Positions 25,626 through 35,597 of a DNA stretch of 64,000 nt are shown one piece after another. Each line of letters starts with the position of its first letter. The stretch's first letter is position 1. Source of the DNA: Bosea thiooxidans (lineage in GTDB: Bacteria > Pseudomonadota > Alphaproteobacteria > Rhizobiales > Beijerinckiaceae); the NCBI GenBank assembly GCA_943372485.1, contig CALRYW010000007.1, positions 4,936 through 68,935 of the forward strand, in the 5' to 3' direction. The notes beneath the pieces were generated by a model. That model ran no database searches. It was not told the origin of the DNA and worked only from the letters and a program-made list of their open reading frames with translations. A program made the position numbers and the translations under genes.

Positions 25626-28526
25626 TCAGGAGGTCTTGCCGGGGCCGGCTTCGGGGGCAGGGCCTTCGCCACCGGCCTTCGCATCGCCACTGCCTTTCGG
25701 CTTGGCTGGTTGGGCCTCCTTGGCGACGCGCTGCATGTCGGAGGCCTCGCGCATCAGCCCGCCCATCTTGGCGAGGTTGCCGCCTTCGATGCCGATCTCC
25801 TTCAGCACCTGGTCGATCATCGGCGCCTGGACGCGGTAGCGCAGCGCCGACTCGATCACCTCGTCGGTCGGCGAGCGCGCCGCGCCGCCGGCCCCGCCCG
25901 AGCCGCCGCCTCCGGCGAGTCCGTCGACATGCAGGATGCGGATGCCCTCGATCTTCTCCATCGGCTTGACGCTCTCGCGCACGATGCCCTCGATCTTGTC
26001 GAGCAGGCGGCGCCGGAACAGCCCGTAGCGGGCGCCGTCGCTGAGCACGTTCTCGGCTTCGTAGAGCAGCTTCTGCGCCTCGGCCTCGACGGTCCGGCGG
26101 ACTTTGTCGGCGGCAGCGGCGATATTGGATTCCTCCGCCGCCTTCTCGGCGAGTAGCACCTCGACGGTCTTGCGGCGCTTGGCGCCTTCGCTCTCGCGGA
26201 TCGTCTTGACCTGCTCCTCGGCCTCGACCGCCTTGGCGCGGGCGCTCTCGGCACTGGCCTGGGCGGCGGATTCCTCCAGCGACTTGGTGTAGAGCGCGAT
26301 CGCCTTGTCCATGGCGGCCGCCTCGACATCCCGCTCGCGGGCGATCTCCAGCTTGCGCAATTCGCGCTGGCGCCCCACGCGGGCCTCGTCGAGCCCGCGA
26401 TCCGACGAGATGCGGGCCCGCTCGACCTCCTCGTTTGACGCGATCTGCGCCTCCTGAAGGGCTTGTGTCCGGGCGATCTCGAGCTGTTCGAGCGCGCGCC
26501 GCCGCTCGATCCGGGCGGCCTCCAGGGCCTGTTCGCGGACGATGTCGACGGACTCGACCTGCTGCTTCGCCGCGATCTCGGCCTGGCGCAGCGCGCTGTC
26601 GGCGTCGGTGCGCTCGACCCTCTTGGCGGCGAGCACGATGGCTCGGTCCTCTTCCGCGACCTCGACGGCCTTCTTCTGGGCGATCTGCAGCATCTCGCGG
26701 GACTTCACCGAGTTGATGCGCTCTTCGTCCAGGCCAAGTTCCGTGGCGATGCGCCGGCGCTCGACGGTGTCGCGGCGCTTCAGTTCGGCGGTGTCGAGAT
26801 CGGCGTTGCGGCGGATCTCCAGCTCCTTCGTGGCGAGTTCCGCTGCGATGCGCTCGGCGGCGACGACCTTCTCCTGGGCGATGCGCGCGGCTTCCGTCGC
26901 CTCGCGCGCGGCGATTTCAGCGGTGTCGATCGCCTGGTTGCGGGCGATTTCGAGATTGCGGACCTCCTCGTCGCGGCGGATGCGCTCGCTGGCGACGCTC
27001 CGTTCCTGGCTGATGCGCGCCTTCTCGACGCTCTCGCGCGCCGCGATCTCGGCCGCCTCGATCGTCTCGGTCTGCTCGATCTCGAGCAGGCGCTTGCGCT
27101 GCTCCAGTGCGATGCGCTCGGCCGTCAGCACGTTTTCCTGAGCGATGCGGGCCTTCTCGACCGCCTCGCGGGCGGCGATCTCGGCTTCGTCGAGGGCGCG
27201 GTTGCGCGCGATGCCGAGTGCGCGGATTCGCTCCTCTTGGCCGATTCGGGCGGTGTCGACCGCCTCGCGCGCCGCGATGTCCTCCTGGTCGAGCACGCGG
27301 GTGCGCTCAATCTCGCGGTTGCGGATCTCTTGCTCGCGGATGATGCGCTCGGCGCTGATCGCGGTTTCCTGCAGGATGCGCGCCTTCTCGGTCGCCTCCC
27401 GCGCCGCGATCTCGGCGGCTTCGAGCGTCTGCGCGCGCTCGATTTCCTTCTGGCGGATGTCGCGCTCCGAGGCTATGCGGGCGGCGCTGATCGCCTGTTC
27501 ATTGGCGATGCGGGCCTTCTCGATCAGCTCGCGCGAGGCGATTTCGGCCTCCTCGACGGCCTGCGTACGCGCGATTTCCTGCTGGCGAATGTCGCGCTCG
27601 GAGGCGATGCGCGCCTCGCTGATCGCGCGCTCGTTGGCGATGCGCGACTTCTCGATCTCCTCGCGCGAGAGGATCTGCGCCTGCTCGGCTTCCGTATCGC
27701 GGGCTGCGCGCTCGCGGGCGATTTCGGCCCGCTGCACGGCGCGCTTGATCTCGATCTCGCGCTGCTGTTCGAGCCGCGCCGCCTCGCTGTCGCGCTCGAT
27801 GTCGAGCGCCTGGCGCTCGGCTTCGAGATTTCGGGTGCGGATGCGGATCATCGAGTCCTGCTCGATGTCGTTGCGCAGCTTCCGCTTATCCTCGATCTCC
27901 TCGATGATCCGCGTCAAACCGGCGGCGTCGAAGCGGTTGGACGGGTTGAAATACTGCAGATCGGTCTGGTCGAGATCGGTGAGCGCGACCGATTCCAGCA
28001 ACAGGCCGTTCTGGTCGAGCGCCTCGGCCGCAGCCTCCTTGACGCGCTGGACATACATTCCGCGCTGCTCGTGCATCTCCTCCATCGTCATCTCGGAGGC
28101 GACGGTGCGCAGCGCCGAGATGAACTTGCCCGAGAGCAGCGCATGGAGTTGGTCGGGCTGGAGCGTGCGGCGGCCGAGCGTGGCGGCGGCGACCGAGACC
28201 GAGTCTCGCTCCGGCTTCACCCGGACATAGAACTCGGCGTCGATGTCGACGCGCATCCGGTCGCGGGTGATCAGCGCGTCGTTGCTGGCGCGCGTCACGG
28301 CGAGTTGCAGCACGTTCATATTGACCGGCGTGACGTCGTGGATGATCGGCAGAACGAAGGCGCCGCCATTGATCACCACCCGTTCGCCGAACAGGCCGGT
28401 GCGGACGAAGGACACCTCCTTCGACGAGCGCCGATACAGCCAGTTCACCAGATAAACGACGATGGCGATGACGATCACCGCCACGATCAGCCAGAGGATC
28501 AGCGATCCGATCAGCTGTCCCGTCAT
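25626..28526 (-). CDS. Giant flotillin/SPFH-family protein (YqiK-like) with repeat-expanded coiled coil
   Basis: N-terminal TM helix, SPFH domain (FVRTGLFGERVV, ALITRDRMRVD, NGLLLESVALTDLDQT, NPSNRFDAAGLT), long E/R/A/I repeats, flotillin C-terminal PMEKIEGIRILHVDGL...ALRYRVQAPMIDQVLKEIG. Confidence 0.9.
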   Translation of the reverse strand: MTGQLIGSLILWLIVAVIVIAIVVYLVNWLYRRSSKEVSFVRTGLFGERVVINGGAFVLPIIHDVTPVNMNVLQLAVTRASNDALITRDRMRVDIDAEFYVRVKPERDSVSVAAATLGRRTLQPDQLHALLSGKFISALRTVASEMTMEEMHEQRGMYVQRVKEAAAEALDQNGLLLESVALTDLDQTDLQYFNPSNRFDAAGLTRIIEEIEDKRKLRNDIEQDSMIRIRTRNLEAERQALDIERDSEAARLEQQREIEIKRAVQRAEIARERAARDTEAEQAQILSREEIEKSRIANERAISEARIASERDIRQQEIARTQAVEEAEIASRELIEKARIANEQAISAARIASERDIRQKEIERAQTLEAAEIAAREATEKARILQETAISAERIIREQEIRNREIERTRVLDQEDIAAREAVDTARIGQEERIRALGIARNRALDEAEIAAREAVEKARIAQENVLTAERIALEQRKRLLEIEQTETIEAAEIAARESVEKARISQERSVASERIRRDEEVRNLEIARNQAIDTAEIAAREATEAARIAQEKVVAAERIAAELATKELEIRRNADLDTAELKRRDTVERRRIATELGLDEERINSVKSREMLQIAQKKAVEVAEEDRAIVLAAKRVERTDADSALRQAEIAAKQQVESVDIVREQALEAARIERRRALEQLEIARTQALQEAQIASNEEVERARISSDRGLDEARVGRQRELRKLEIARERDVEAAAMDKAIALYTKSLEESAAQASAESARAKAVEAEEQVKTIRESEGAKRRKTVEVLLAEKAAEESNIAAAADKVRRTVEAEAQKLLYEAENVLSDGARYGLFRRRLLDKIEGIVRESVKPMEKIEGIRILHVDGLAGGGGSGGAGGAARSPTDEVIESALRYRVQAPMIDQVLKEIGIEGGNLAKMGGLMREASDMQRVAKEAQPAKPKGSGDAKAGGEGPAPEAGPGKTS
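26325..27686 (-). repeat. Intragenic 132-bp (44-aa, 4x11) tandem repeats in the flotillin gene
   Basis: Units such as EEAEIASRELI-EKARIANEQAI-SAARIASERDI-RQKEIERAQTL; 27686-26664 = 341 aa = 31 consecutive 11-mers (seven 44-aa units plus one 33-aa unit), with more degenerate units to ~26325. Confidence 0.88.
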
Positions 28527-28554
28527 GTCCTCATCCTCCCACCCGTGGCCCGGG

Positions 28555-29430
28555 TCACTTCGCCTTGCCCGCCTTGCCGGCGTGCTTTTTGTTCGTGAGA
28601 TCGCGGCCGATGCGCTTGAAGGCGCGCGTCTGCTCGCGGATCGCGACCTCGACCGGCAGGCGCTCCATCGAGGAGGCGCCGTAGAAGCCGTGGCAGTGCT
28701 CGGTGTGCTTCATGATGAAGTCGGCATCCGCCGGCTCGGCGACCGGGCCGCCATGCACGAGGATGAGCGCGTCCTTCTTGACCGCGAGCACGGCCGCGGC
28801 CCAGGCATCGACCAGCGCCGGGCAGTCGGCGAGCTTGAGCGCCGTCTCGGCGCCGATCGCCCCGCCGGTTGTCAGCCCGAGATGGCAGACGATGATGTCG
28901 GCGCCCGCCTTAGCCATGGCGCGCGCATCGGCCTCGCAGAAGACGTAAGGCGTCGTCAGCAGGCCCTTCGCATTGGCGAGACGGATCATCTCGACCTCAA
29001 GGCCGAAGCCCATGCCGGTCTCTTCGAGGTTCTTGCGGAAGATGCCGTCGATCAGCCCGACGGTCGGGAAGTTCTGCACCCCGGCGAAGCCGATCCGCGC
29101 GACCTCGTCGAGGAAGACGTCCATCCGCCGGAACGGATCGGTGCCGCAGACGCCGGCGATCACCGGCGTGGTCTTCACCACTGGCAGCACCTCGGCCGCC
29201 ATCTCCATCACGATGGCGTTGGCGTCACCATAGGGCATCAGCCCCGAGAGCGAGCCGCGGCCGGCCATGCGGTAGCGCCCCGAATTGTAGATCACGATGA
29301 GATCGATCCCGCCGGCCTCTTCGCATTTGGCCGACAGCCCCGTGCCTGCACCCCCGCCGACGATCGGCTCGCCGGCCTTCACCATTGCCTGGAAGCGCTT
29401 CAGCAGGCTCTTTTTGTCGAAGCTCGCCAT
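28555..29430 (-). CDS. Phosphoenolpyruvate-hydrolase-like TIM-barrel protein (homologue of the Tm-1 C-terminal domain)
   Basis: Start trimmed to MASFDKK; [50 protein letters not shown]. Confidence 0.9.
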   Translation of the reverse strand: MASFDKKSLLKRFQAMVKAGEPIVGGGAGTGLSAKCEEAGGIDLIVIYNSGRYRMAGRGSLSGLMPYGDANAIVMEMAAEVLPVVKTTPVIAGVCGTDPFRRMDVFLDEVARIGFAGVQNFPTVGLIDGIFRKNLEETGMGFGLEVEMIRLANAKGLLTTPYVFCEADARAMAKAGADIIVCHLGLTTGGAIGAETALKLADCPALVDAWAAAVLAVKKDALILVHGGPVAEPADADFIMKHTEHCHGFYGASSMERLPVEVAIREQTRAFKRIGRDLTNKKHAGKAGKAK

Positions 29431-31703
29431 CAGGCCCCTCCAGCCTTCGCCCGCTCGCGCCGGCGCCCGGCATGCAGCGCGCGGAACTGCTGCACGAGGG
29501 CGGTGGCGAAGGCCGGATCGTTGATGTGATGCGGGCAGCGGATCAGCTGCCGCGTCGGCGTCTGGCGCACGGTCTGCTCCAGCGCCTGGAACAGGGCGGC
29601 ATCCGCGGCGGGATCGTGGAAGGGCTGGCCAGGCGCATCGAGCGCCGAGACGCCGCGCTCGGGCAGGAGGAAGCGCACCGGCCCCTCCATTAGGTTCAGT
29701 CGCTCGCCGATCCAGCGCCCCATCCGCGCATTCTCGTCCGCCGTCGTCCGCATCAGCGTGATCTGCGGATTGTGCGGATAGAGATTGCGGCTGCGATAGC
29801 GTTCCGGAACCGTCTCGGGCGCGAAGAAATTGACCATGTCGAGCGCGCCGACCGAGCCGATATAGGGAATGCGCGTGCGGATGATCGCGCCGAAGCGATC
29901 CTCCGTCGCCGGCAGGACGCCACCCATCATCAGGTCGCAGATTTCGGTGGTGGAGACGTCGATCACGGCGCCGACCAGGCCGGAGTCGACGAGCTTCTCC
30001 AGAGCGCGCCCGCCCGTGCCGGTGGCGTGGAAGACGAGCGGCTCCCATTCGGCCTCCAGCAGCTGCGAGACCTGCTTCACACAGGGGGTCGTCACGCCGA
30101 ACATGGTGAGCCCGACCAGCGGCTTTTCGGGCCCAGCGCGCCGCGTCGTCGCGGGCTTGGTCAGCTCGGCCAGCCGCGCCTTGGCCATCGCGGCCATCGC
30201 CCGCGCCCCGTTTCCGAGCACCAGCCGCGAGACCCGGTTGATCCCCTGCACATCGGTGACGGCATGCATCATCGTGATGTCGGCGGCGCCGACATAAGCC
30301 GCGACATCGCCCGAGGCCATGGTCGAGATCATCAGTTTCGGCAGCCCGATCGGCAGGGCCTGCATGGCGGGTGTCACCATCGCGGTCGCCCCCGAGCCGC
30401 CGGCGGAGATCACGCCGAGAACGCCCTGCTGGCGCGGCAGCCAGGCCTTGAACGCCTCTGTCATCGCCGCCACGGCCGCTCCGCGGTCGCCGGAGGCGAT
30501 GCCGGCCGAGCCGCGCGGATGGGCGAGCGCGATCTCCTGCGGGGTGACGTCGCCGCCGGCGCTGCGGCCCGAGGTCGAGATGTCGACGAGCCGCGCCCGC
30601 CCCCCCTCCGCCTGGATGAGATCGCGGATGAAGCGCAGCTCCTCCCCTTTGGTGTCGAGCGTACCGACGACGATGACATGCGGCTCGCCGCTGCCCGAGG
30701 GCGCATGGCGCCGGCCGTCCGCGACCCGGGCACCGTCGCGCGTCGCCAGCGTCGGGCGCGAGATCGTCCGCGCCTGGGCCTCGATCCGCGCCGCCGGGAC
30801 GGGCTGCGACCAGCGCGTCGGGATCACCGGATTGGCGTTGTAGACCCGCATCGGGCCGCTCGGCTGGGCAGGGGCGCGGGCCGTCCCGCTCTCCGACGTC
30901 GCCGCTGGTTCGGGCGCGCCGTCAGTTTCGTCATGGCTGTGCCGGCCGACGCCGAGCAGGCGCTGCTGCAGGTCGCGGTCGCCGGCCAGCGTCGCCGAGG
31001 CGATGATGCGGTTGATCCGGCCATTGACCATGATGGCGACCGGGTCCGACATTTCGGTCGCGACGCCGATGTTCTGCTCGATCACGAGAATCGCGACGTC
31101 GCCCTGCTCGGCGAGGCGCACCAGCATCTCCTCGACATGGGCGACGATGACGGGCGCGAGCCCCTCCGTCGGCTCGTCCATGATCAGCAGGCGCGGATTC
31201 ATCAGGAGCGCCCGGCTGATCGCCAGCATCTGCTGCTCGCCGCCCGAGAGCTGGGCGCCGCCATTGTTGCGGCGCTCCGCCAGCCGCGGGAAGGCTTCGT
31301 AGATCCGTTCCGGCGTCCAGGCCCCGCGCTTGGACCGTTGCATCAGCCGCAGATGCTCGTCGACCGTGAGCGAGCGCCAGAGCCGGCGACCCTGTGGTAC
31401 ATAGCCGATGCCGAGCCGCGCGATCTCGGCCGGGCTGCGCCCCGCGATCTCCTCGCCGAAGAAGCGGATCGAGCCCGAGCTGACCGGCACCAGCCCCATG
31501 ATCGCCTTGCACATGGTCGTCTTGCCCATGCCGTTGCGGCCGACCACCGAGAGCACGCCGCTTTGGAGCGTGAGGTCGACGCCCTGAAGCGCATGGGAGC
31601 GCCCATAAAACACGTTGAGACCGGCGATCTGCAGGATCGGCATGCCGACGCCGGGAGGGGCCTTGAGGCGCTCAGCCATGCCCGCCTCCGCCGTGACCGC
31701 CAC
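29430..31703 (-). CDS. LivF-type ABC ATPase fused to a Tm-1-like / UPF0261 domain
   Basis: aa ~20-250: [31 protein letters not shown]; linker; then [57 protein letters not shown]. One open frame. Start may be slightly downstream (MPILQ). Confidence 0.88.
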   Translation of the reverse strand: MAVTAEAGMAERLKAPPGVGMPILQIAGLNVFYGRSHALQGVDLTLQSGVLSVVGRNGMGKTTMCKAIMGLVPVSSGSIRFFGEEIAGRSPAEIARLGIGYVPQGRRLWRSLTVDEHLRLMQRSKRGAWTPERIYEAFPRLAERRNNGGAQLSGGEQQMLAISRALLMNPRLLIMDEPTEGLAPVIVAHVEEMLVRLAEQGDVAILVIEQNIGVATEMSDPVAIMVNGRINRIIASATLAGDRDLQQRLLGVGRHSHDETDGAPEPAATSESGTARAPAQPSGPMRVYNANPVIPTRWSQPVPAARIEAQARTISRPTLATRDGARVADGRRHAPSGSGEPHVIVVGTLDTKGEELRFIRDLIQAEGGRARLVDISTSGRSAGGDVTPQEIALAHPRGSAGIASGDRGAAVAAMTEAFKAWLPRQQGVLGVISAGGSGATAMVTPAMQALPIGLPKLMISTMASGDVAAYVGAADITMMHAVTDVQGINRVSRLVLGNGARAMAAMAKARLAELTKPATTRRAGPEKPLVGLTMFGVTTPCVKQVSQLLEAEWEPLVFHATGTGGRALEKLVDSGLVGAVIDVSTTEICDLMMGGVLPATEDRFGAIIRTRIPYIGSVGALDMVNFFAPETVPERYRSRNLYPHNPQITLMRTTADENARMGRWIGERLNLMEGPVRFLLPERGVSALDAPGQPFHDPAADAALFQALEQTVRQTPTRQLIRCPHHINDPAFATALVQQFRALHAGRRRERAKAGGA

Positions 31704-32475
31704 CGAGATAGAGCTCCTGGACCTCGGGGTCGCTCTCGATCTCCTGCGGCGCGCCTTCCTTGAAGATGCGGCCGTTGTGCATCATCGTCACGCTCTCGAC
31801 GACGCGCAGCGCCACATCCATGTCGTGCTCGATGATGATGTAGCCGATATGGCTCGGTAGCGAGGTCAGGATGTGGACGAGGTCGCGCCGCTCGGTGGGA
31901 GACAGCCCCGCCGCCGGCTCGTCGAACAGGATGAAACGCGGCGCGCCCGACAAAGCGAGCGCGATTTCGAGCTGGCGCTGCTGGCCATAGGCGAGCTCGC
32001 CGACCAGCCTGTCCTTGACGGCCGAGAGATGCACCGCCTCGACCAGCGTCTCGGCCGCATGGACCAGCGCGTCGTCCCGGCGCGGGCGCAGCAGCGAGAA
32101 GCGGTTCCGCGAGACGCCCCGGCAGGCGAGATAGACATTGTCGAGCACCGAAAGCCCGGTGAACAGCGACGAGATCTGGTAAGTCCGGCGCAGACCCCGC
32201 CGGATGCGCTCCTGCGGCGGAAAGGCGGTGACATCCTCGCCGAAGAAGCGGATCACGCCCGAACTCGGCGCGAAATCGCCGGTGACGCAGTTGAACAGCG
32301 TCGTCTTGCCGGCCCCGTTCGAACCCAGCACGGCCCGCCGCTCGCCGGGCTTCACCGAGAGCGTGATGTCAGTCAGCGCCGCCAGGGCGCCGAACAGCCG
32401 CGAGACCCCGCGCAGTTCGAGCGCGTTGGCGGAGCCCGCCGCCGTCAGCCGCTCGCGAGAGACGACCGCGCTCAT
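31672..32475 (-). CDS. LivG-type ABC ATPase
   Basis: Start trimmed to MSAVVS; GSNGAGKTT, LAYGQQRQLEIA, FDEPAAGL, IEHDM, VQELYLG. Confidence 0.92.
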   Translation of the reverse strand: MSAVVSRERLTAAGSANALELRGVSRLFGALAALTDITLSVKPGERRAVLGSNGAGKTTLFNCVTGDFAPSSGVIRFFGEDVTAFPPQERIRRGLRRTYQISSLFTGLSVLDNVYLACRGVSRNRFSLLRPRRDDALVHAAETLVEAVHLSAVKDRLVGELAYGQQRQLEIALALSGAPRFILFDEPAAGLSPTERRDLVHILTSLPSHIGYIIIEHDMDVALRVVESVTMMHNGRIFKEGAPQEIESDPEVQELYLGGGHGGGGHG

Positions 32476-33557
32476 GGCGCCCCTCCGCCTGCGCCCATCT
32501 GGCTGTCGCGGGCGTCGCGGCCACGGCGATAGCGTTCGCGCAGCCGCTGGAAGATGCCGATCAGCCCGTCGGGCGAGAACAGCACGATGACGAGAAAGCC
32601 GAGCCCAATCAGCAGCTGGTAGCGCCGCCCGTCGAGGCCGACACCCTCGAGCACATCGAGCGCGAAGGTGCGCAGCAGGACATAGACGAGCGCGCCGATG
32701 AAGGGGCCGATTGGGCGGCTCAGGCCGCCGACCACCGCGATGATTAGCATGTCGACGACGGGCCCGACGCCGGCCGTGCCGGGCGAGATCTGGCGCTGGT
32801 ACCAGACCAGCAACACCCCGGCGCAAGCGGCGATCAGCGAGGCGAAGGTATAGGCGGCGATGCGGTGCGCGACGACGTCGAAGCCGAGCGCCGCCATGCG
32901 GCGGGGGTTGTCGCGCGTGCCCTGCAAGGCGAGCCCGAAGGGCGCCCGCGAGACATAGATCACCGCGCCATAGGCCAGCGCCGCACAGGCCAGCGTCAGG
33001 TAGTAGAAGGGCAGGCTCTGGCCCCAGTCGATGCCGAGGAAGACCGGCGGCAGGATGCCGTTGAAGCCGCTGAAGCCGTTGAAGATCGTGTAGTTCTGCA
33101 GCGTCAGGTAATAGAACGCCGAGGCGATCGCGAGCGTGATCATGATCGTGTAGATGCCCTCGGTGCGCACCGAGAGTGCTCCGCTCAGCGTGCCGAACAG
33201 CGTCGCGACCAGGATCGCGACCGGCACCGCCGTCCACCAGGGCCAGTTCAGGCTGATCTGGGTGATGGCGCTGCCGCCGAGGATCGCCACGAGATAGCCG
33301 GCAAAGCCGGCCACCGTCATCTGGATCAGGCTGACAATGCCGCCATAGCCGGCCAGGAACATCAGGCTGAGCGCGACCATGCCCAGGATCATCGCATAGG
33401 CGATGATCTGGACGAGCCAGAACGGGCTGGCGATGGCGGGCATGACCAGCAGCAGTGCGGCCACGACCCAGAACGCCGTGCCCCGACGCGCAACCCAGTC
33501 CCCGACGCCCTCCTGGGGACGGGCGCGCTGCTCCAGCTCGAGGTCGGCGATGGCCAT
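32472..33557 (-). CDS. LivM-type ABC permease
   Basis: GYGGIVSL, GIYTIMITLA, FGLALQGTRDN, VVGGL...GPFIGA. Confidence 0.9.
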   Translation of the reverse strand: MAIADLELEQRARPQEGVGDWVARRGTAFWVVAALLLVMPAIASPFWLVQIIAYAMILGMVALSLMFLAGYGGIVSLIQMTVAGFAGYLVAILGGSAITQISLNWPWWTAVPVAILVATLFGTLSGALSVRTEGIYTIMITLAIASAFYYLTLQNYTIFNGFSGFNGILPPVFLGIDWGQSLPFYYLTLACAALAYGAVIYVSRAPFGLALQGTRDNPRRMAALGFDVVAHRIAAYTFASLIAACAGVLLVWYQRQISPGTAGVGPVVDMLIIAVVGGLSRPIGPFIGALVYVLLRTFALDVLEGVGLDGRRYQLLIGLGFLVIVLFSPDGLIGIFQRLRERYRRGRDARDSQMGAGGGAP

Positions 33558-33559
33558 CG

Positions 33560-34570
33560 TCAGCGCCTCGCCGCCAGGCCTTCGGGCCTGATCGCCAGCA
33601 CCGCGACCATGATCAGGAAGGTCAGCATCACCGCATAGGTCGGCATGTAGACTGAGCCAAACTGTTCGGCGAGGCCGACGATCAGCGCCCCGACCGCCGC
33701 GCCGGGGATCGAGCCCATGCCACCGACGATGACGACGACGAGCGAGGACAGCAGGATGCGCGTATCCTCGCCCGGCTGCAGCGACTGGAAGGTACCGCCG
33801 ACGACGCCGGCGAGGCCCGCGAGCCCGGCCCCGAAGGCGAAGACCATGACAAAGACCAGCTGCACGCGCACGCCGGTCGCCGACAGCATGTCGCGATCAT
33901 CCACCCCGGCGCGCACCAGCATGCCGACCCGCGTGCGGTTGAGCGCCAGCCACATCAGCACGCCGACGATGATCGCCCCGATCAGGATGGCGATGCGCAC
34001 CAGCGGGTAGGTCATCATCACCGCCTCGCCATTGCTGCGCAGCGCGACCGCCAAGGGCAGCGTCACCGGCCCGGAGAGCCAGTCCGGCGCGGTGACCTGG
34101 AAGGTGTCGCCGCCATAGCTCCACAAAAGCAGGTCGGCGAAGATGATCGAGAGGCCGATGGTGACGAGCGTCTGGCGGAGGTCCTGGCCCTCCATCCAGC
34201 GAAACAGCAGCACCTGCATGAGGATGCCGACCAGCGCCACGACGAGGAAGGCGACCAGCAGCGCCATCAGCCAAGAGCCGGTCCATTCGCCGACGCTGTA
34301 GCCGACATAGCCGCCGAACAGATACAGCGAGCCGTGCGCAAGGTTGACGTTGCGCATCAGCCCGAAGATCAGCGTGAACCCGCTGGCGACCAGGAAATAC
34401 AGCGCCCCCAGCGTGATGCCGTTGAACAGCGCACTCAGGAAGACGCGCTTGCGCCCGAACATCGCCTCCATCCCCGGCGTCCAGATCGAAAAGACGAGCC
34501 AGGCCAGGACGGCCAGCGCCAGCAGGATGATCAGCGACCAGATCGGGCGGCGGGCGACGAAATCAGACAT
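33560..34570 (-). CDS. LivH-type ABC permease
   Basis: Start trimmed to MSDFVA; GFTLIFGLMRNVNLAHG, VVIVGGMGSIPGA, RPEGL. Confidence 0.92.
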   Translation of the reverse strand: MSDFVARRPIWSLIILLALAVLAWLVFSIWTPGMEAMFGRKRVFLSALFNGITLGALYFLVASGFTLIFGLMRNVNLAHGSLYLFGGYVGYSVGEWTGSWLMALLVAFLVVALVGILMQVLLFRWMEGQDLRQTLVTIGLSIIFADLLLWSYGGDTFQVTAPDWLSGPVTLPLAVALRSNGEAVMMTYPLVRIAILIGAIIVGVLMWLALNRTRVGMLVRAGVDDRDMLSATGVRVQLVFVMVFAFGAGLAGLAGVVGGTFQSLQPGEDTRILLSSLVVVIVGGMGSIPGAAVGALIVGLAEQFGSVYMPTYAVMLTFLIMVAVLAIRPEGLAARR

Positions 34571-35435
34571 GGCAGGCCCGCAGCGACGGGCCGGACAGGG
34601 GCGGCGGCTGGCCGACACGGCGCAGGACCCGGCGATAATCCCGCGGCGCCATCCCCATATGGGCGGTGAAGAAGCGGGTGAAGACGCTCTGGCAGGAGAA
34701 GCCGAGCCTCTGGCTGATCTGCGTCACCGGATCGCCCGAGAGCACAAGGCGATCGAGCGCCGCATCGAGCCGGACGGTGTTGGCGAAGACGGTCGGGGTG
34801 ACGCCGACCTGCTCGCGGAAGAGCTTGAAGAAATGCGCCCGCGACAGCCCGGCCTCTCGGGCGACACGGGCGAGTGCACCCTCATGGGCGGGATGGGCCT
34901 CGATCAGACGCTGCGCCCGCACCACCCGCCGGTCGAGCACGCTTTCCGGCGCGACATGCAGCAGGGCGGAGGCGAGGTCCTGGCCGATTGGCTCGCTCGA
35001 GGCCTGGGCCAGCGCCATCAGTACCGGCGCCAGATTGAGATCGCGATGCGCCGACAGCAGCATCTCGACCGCCTCGTCGCGCCAGGAGGCGAGTTCGCGG
35101 GTGATCACCAGCTCGGACGCCGGGAAGGCGAGCGCACCGGGCGGCGTCATGGTCTGGGCCGCGAGCCATTCGGGCTTGAGATAGACGACGAGGAAGAGGC
35201 CGAGCGCGCCGGCCCGTTCCGGCTGGAAGTTGTGCGGCTCCCAGGGATTGATCGCCACCCCCATGAAGGGGTCGACCAGCGTGGCGCGGCCATTCACGGT
35301 GACGATACCGCGCGACCCTTCGAGGAAGAAGATCAGATGGGCCTCGCGGTGGGCGTGCAGCACCAGCGGGCGGTCGAGATCGTAGATCGCGACGCGGCCG
35401 AAGGGGCCGTGGCAGACCGCAACTGCGCGACTCAT
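34563..35435 (-). CDS. AraC-family transcriptional regulator
   Basis: Cupin-like HAHREAH N-domain; C-terminal VAREAGLSRAHFFKLF and LGFSCQSVFTRFF double HTH; start trimmed to MSRAVA. Confidence 0.92.
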   Translation of the reverse strand: MSRAVAVCHGPFGRVAIYDLDRPLVLHAHREAHLIFFLEGSRGIVTVNGRATLVDPFMGVAINPWEPHNFQPERAGALGLFLVVYLKPEWLAAQTMTPPGALAFPASELVITRELASWRDEAVEMLLSAHRDLNLAPVLMALAQASSEPIGQDLASALLHVAPESVLDRRVVRAQRLIEAHPAHEGALARVAREAGLSRAHFFKLFREQVGVTPTVFANTVRLDAALDRLVLSGDPVTQISQRLGFSCQSVFTRFFTAHMGMAPRDYRRVLRRVGQPPPLSGPSLRACHV

Positions 35436-35597
35436 GATGCCTCGCGAAAGTAGGTCCGACGCAGGAAGCTGGGCCTCGTCAGGCAAGCCGCCGGCTTGGC
35501 ACCACGAGATCCGCTCGCAGGCGCCGGGAGTCGGGACGTGACGGAAGCGGAGGGGGCACGCATGGCGCGGGTCCCCTCCATCGGGCGCTCGGGCGCC

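Noticed and set aside
26325-27686. Repetitive DNA that might be a CRISPR array or non-coding repeat
   Set aside because: Repeats are degenerate, in frame, multiples of 33 bp and lack unique spacers; no cas genes. No CRISPR array was seen anywhere in the window.
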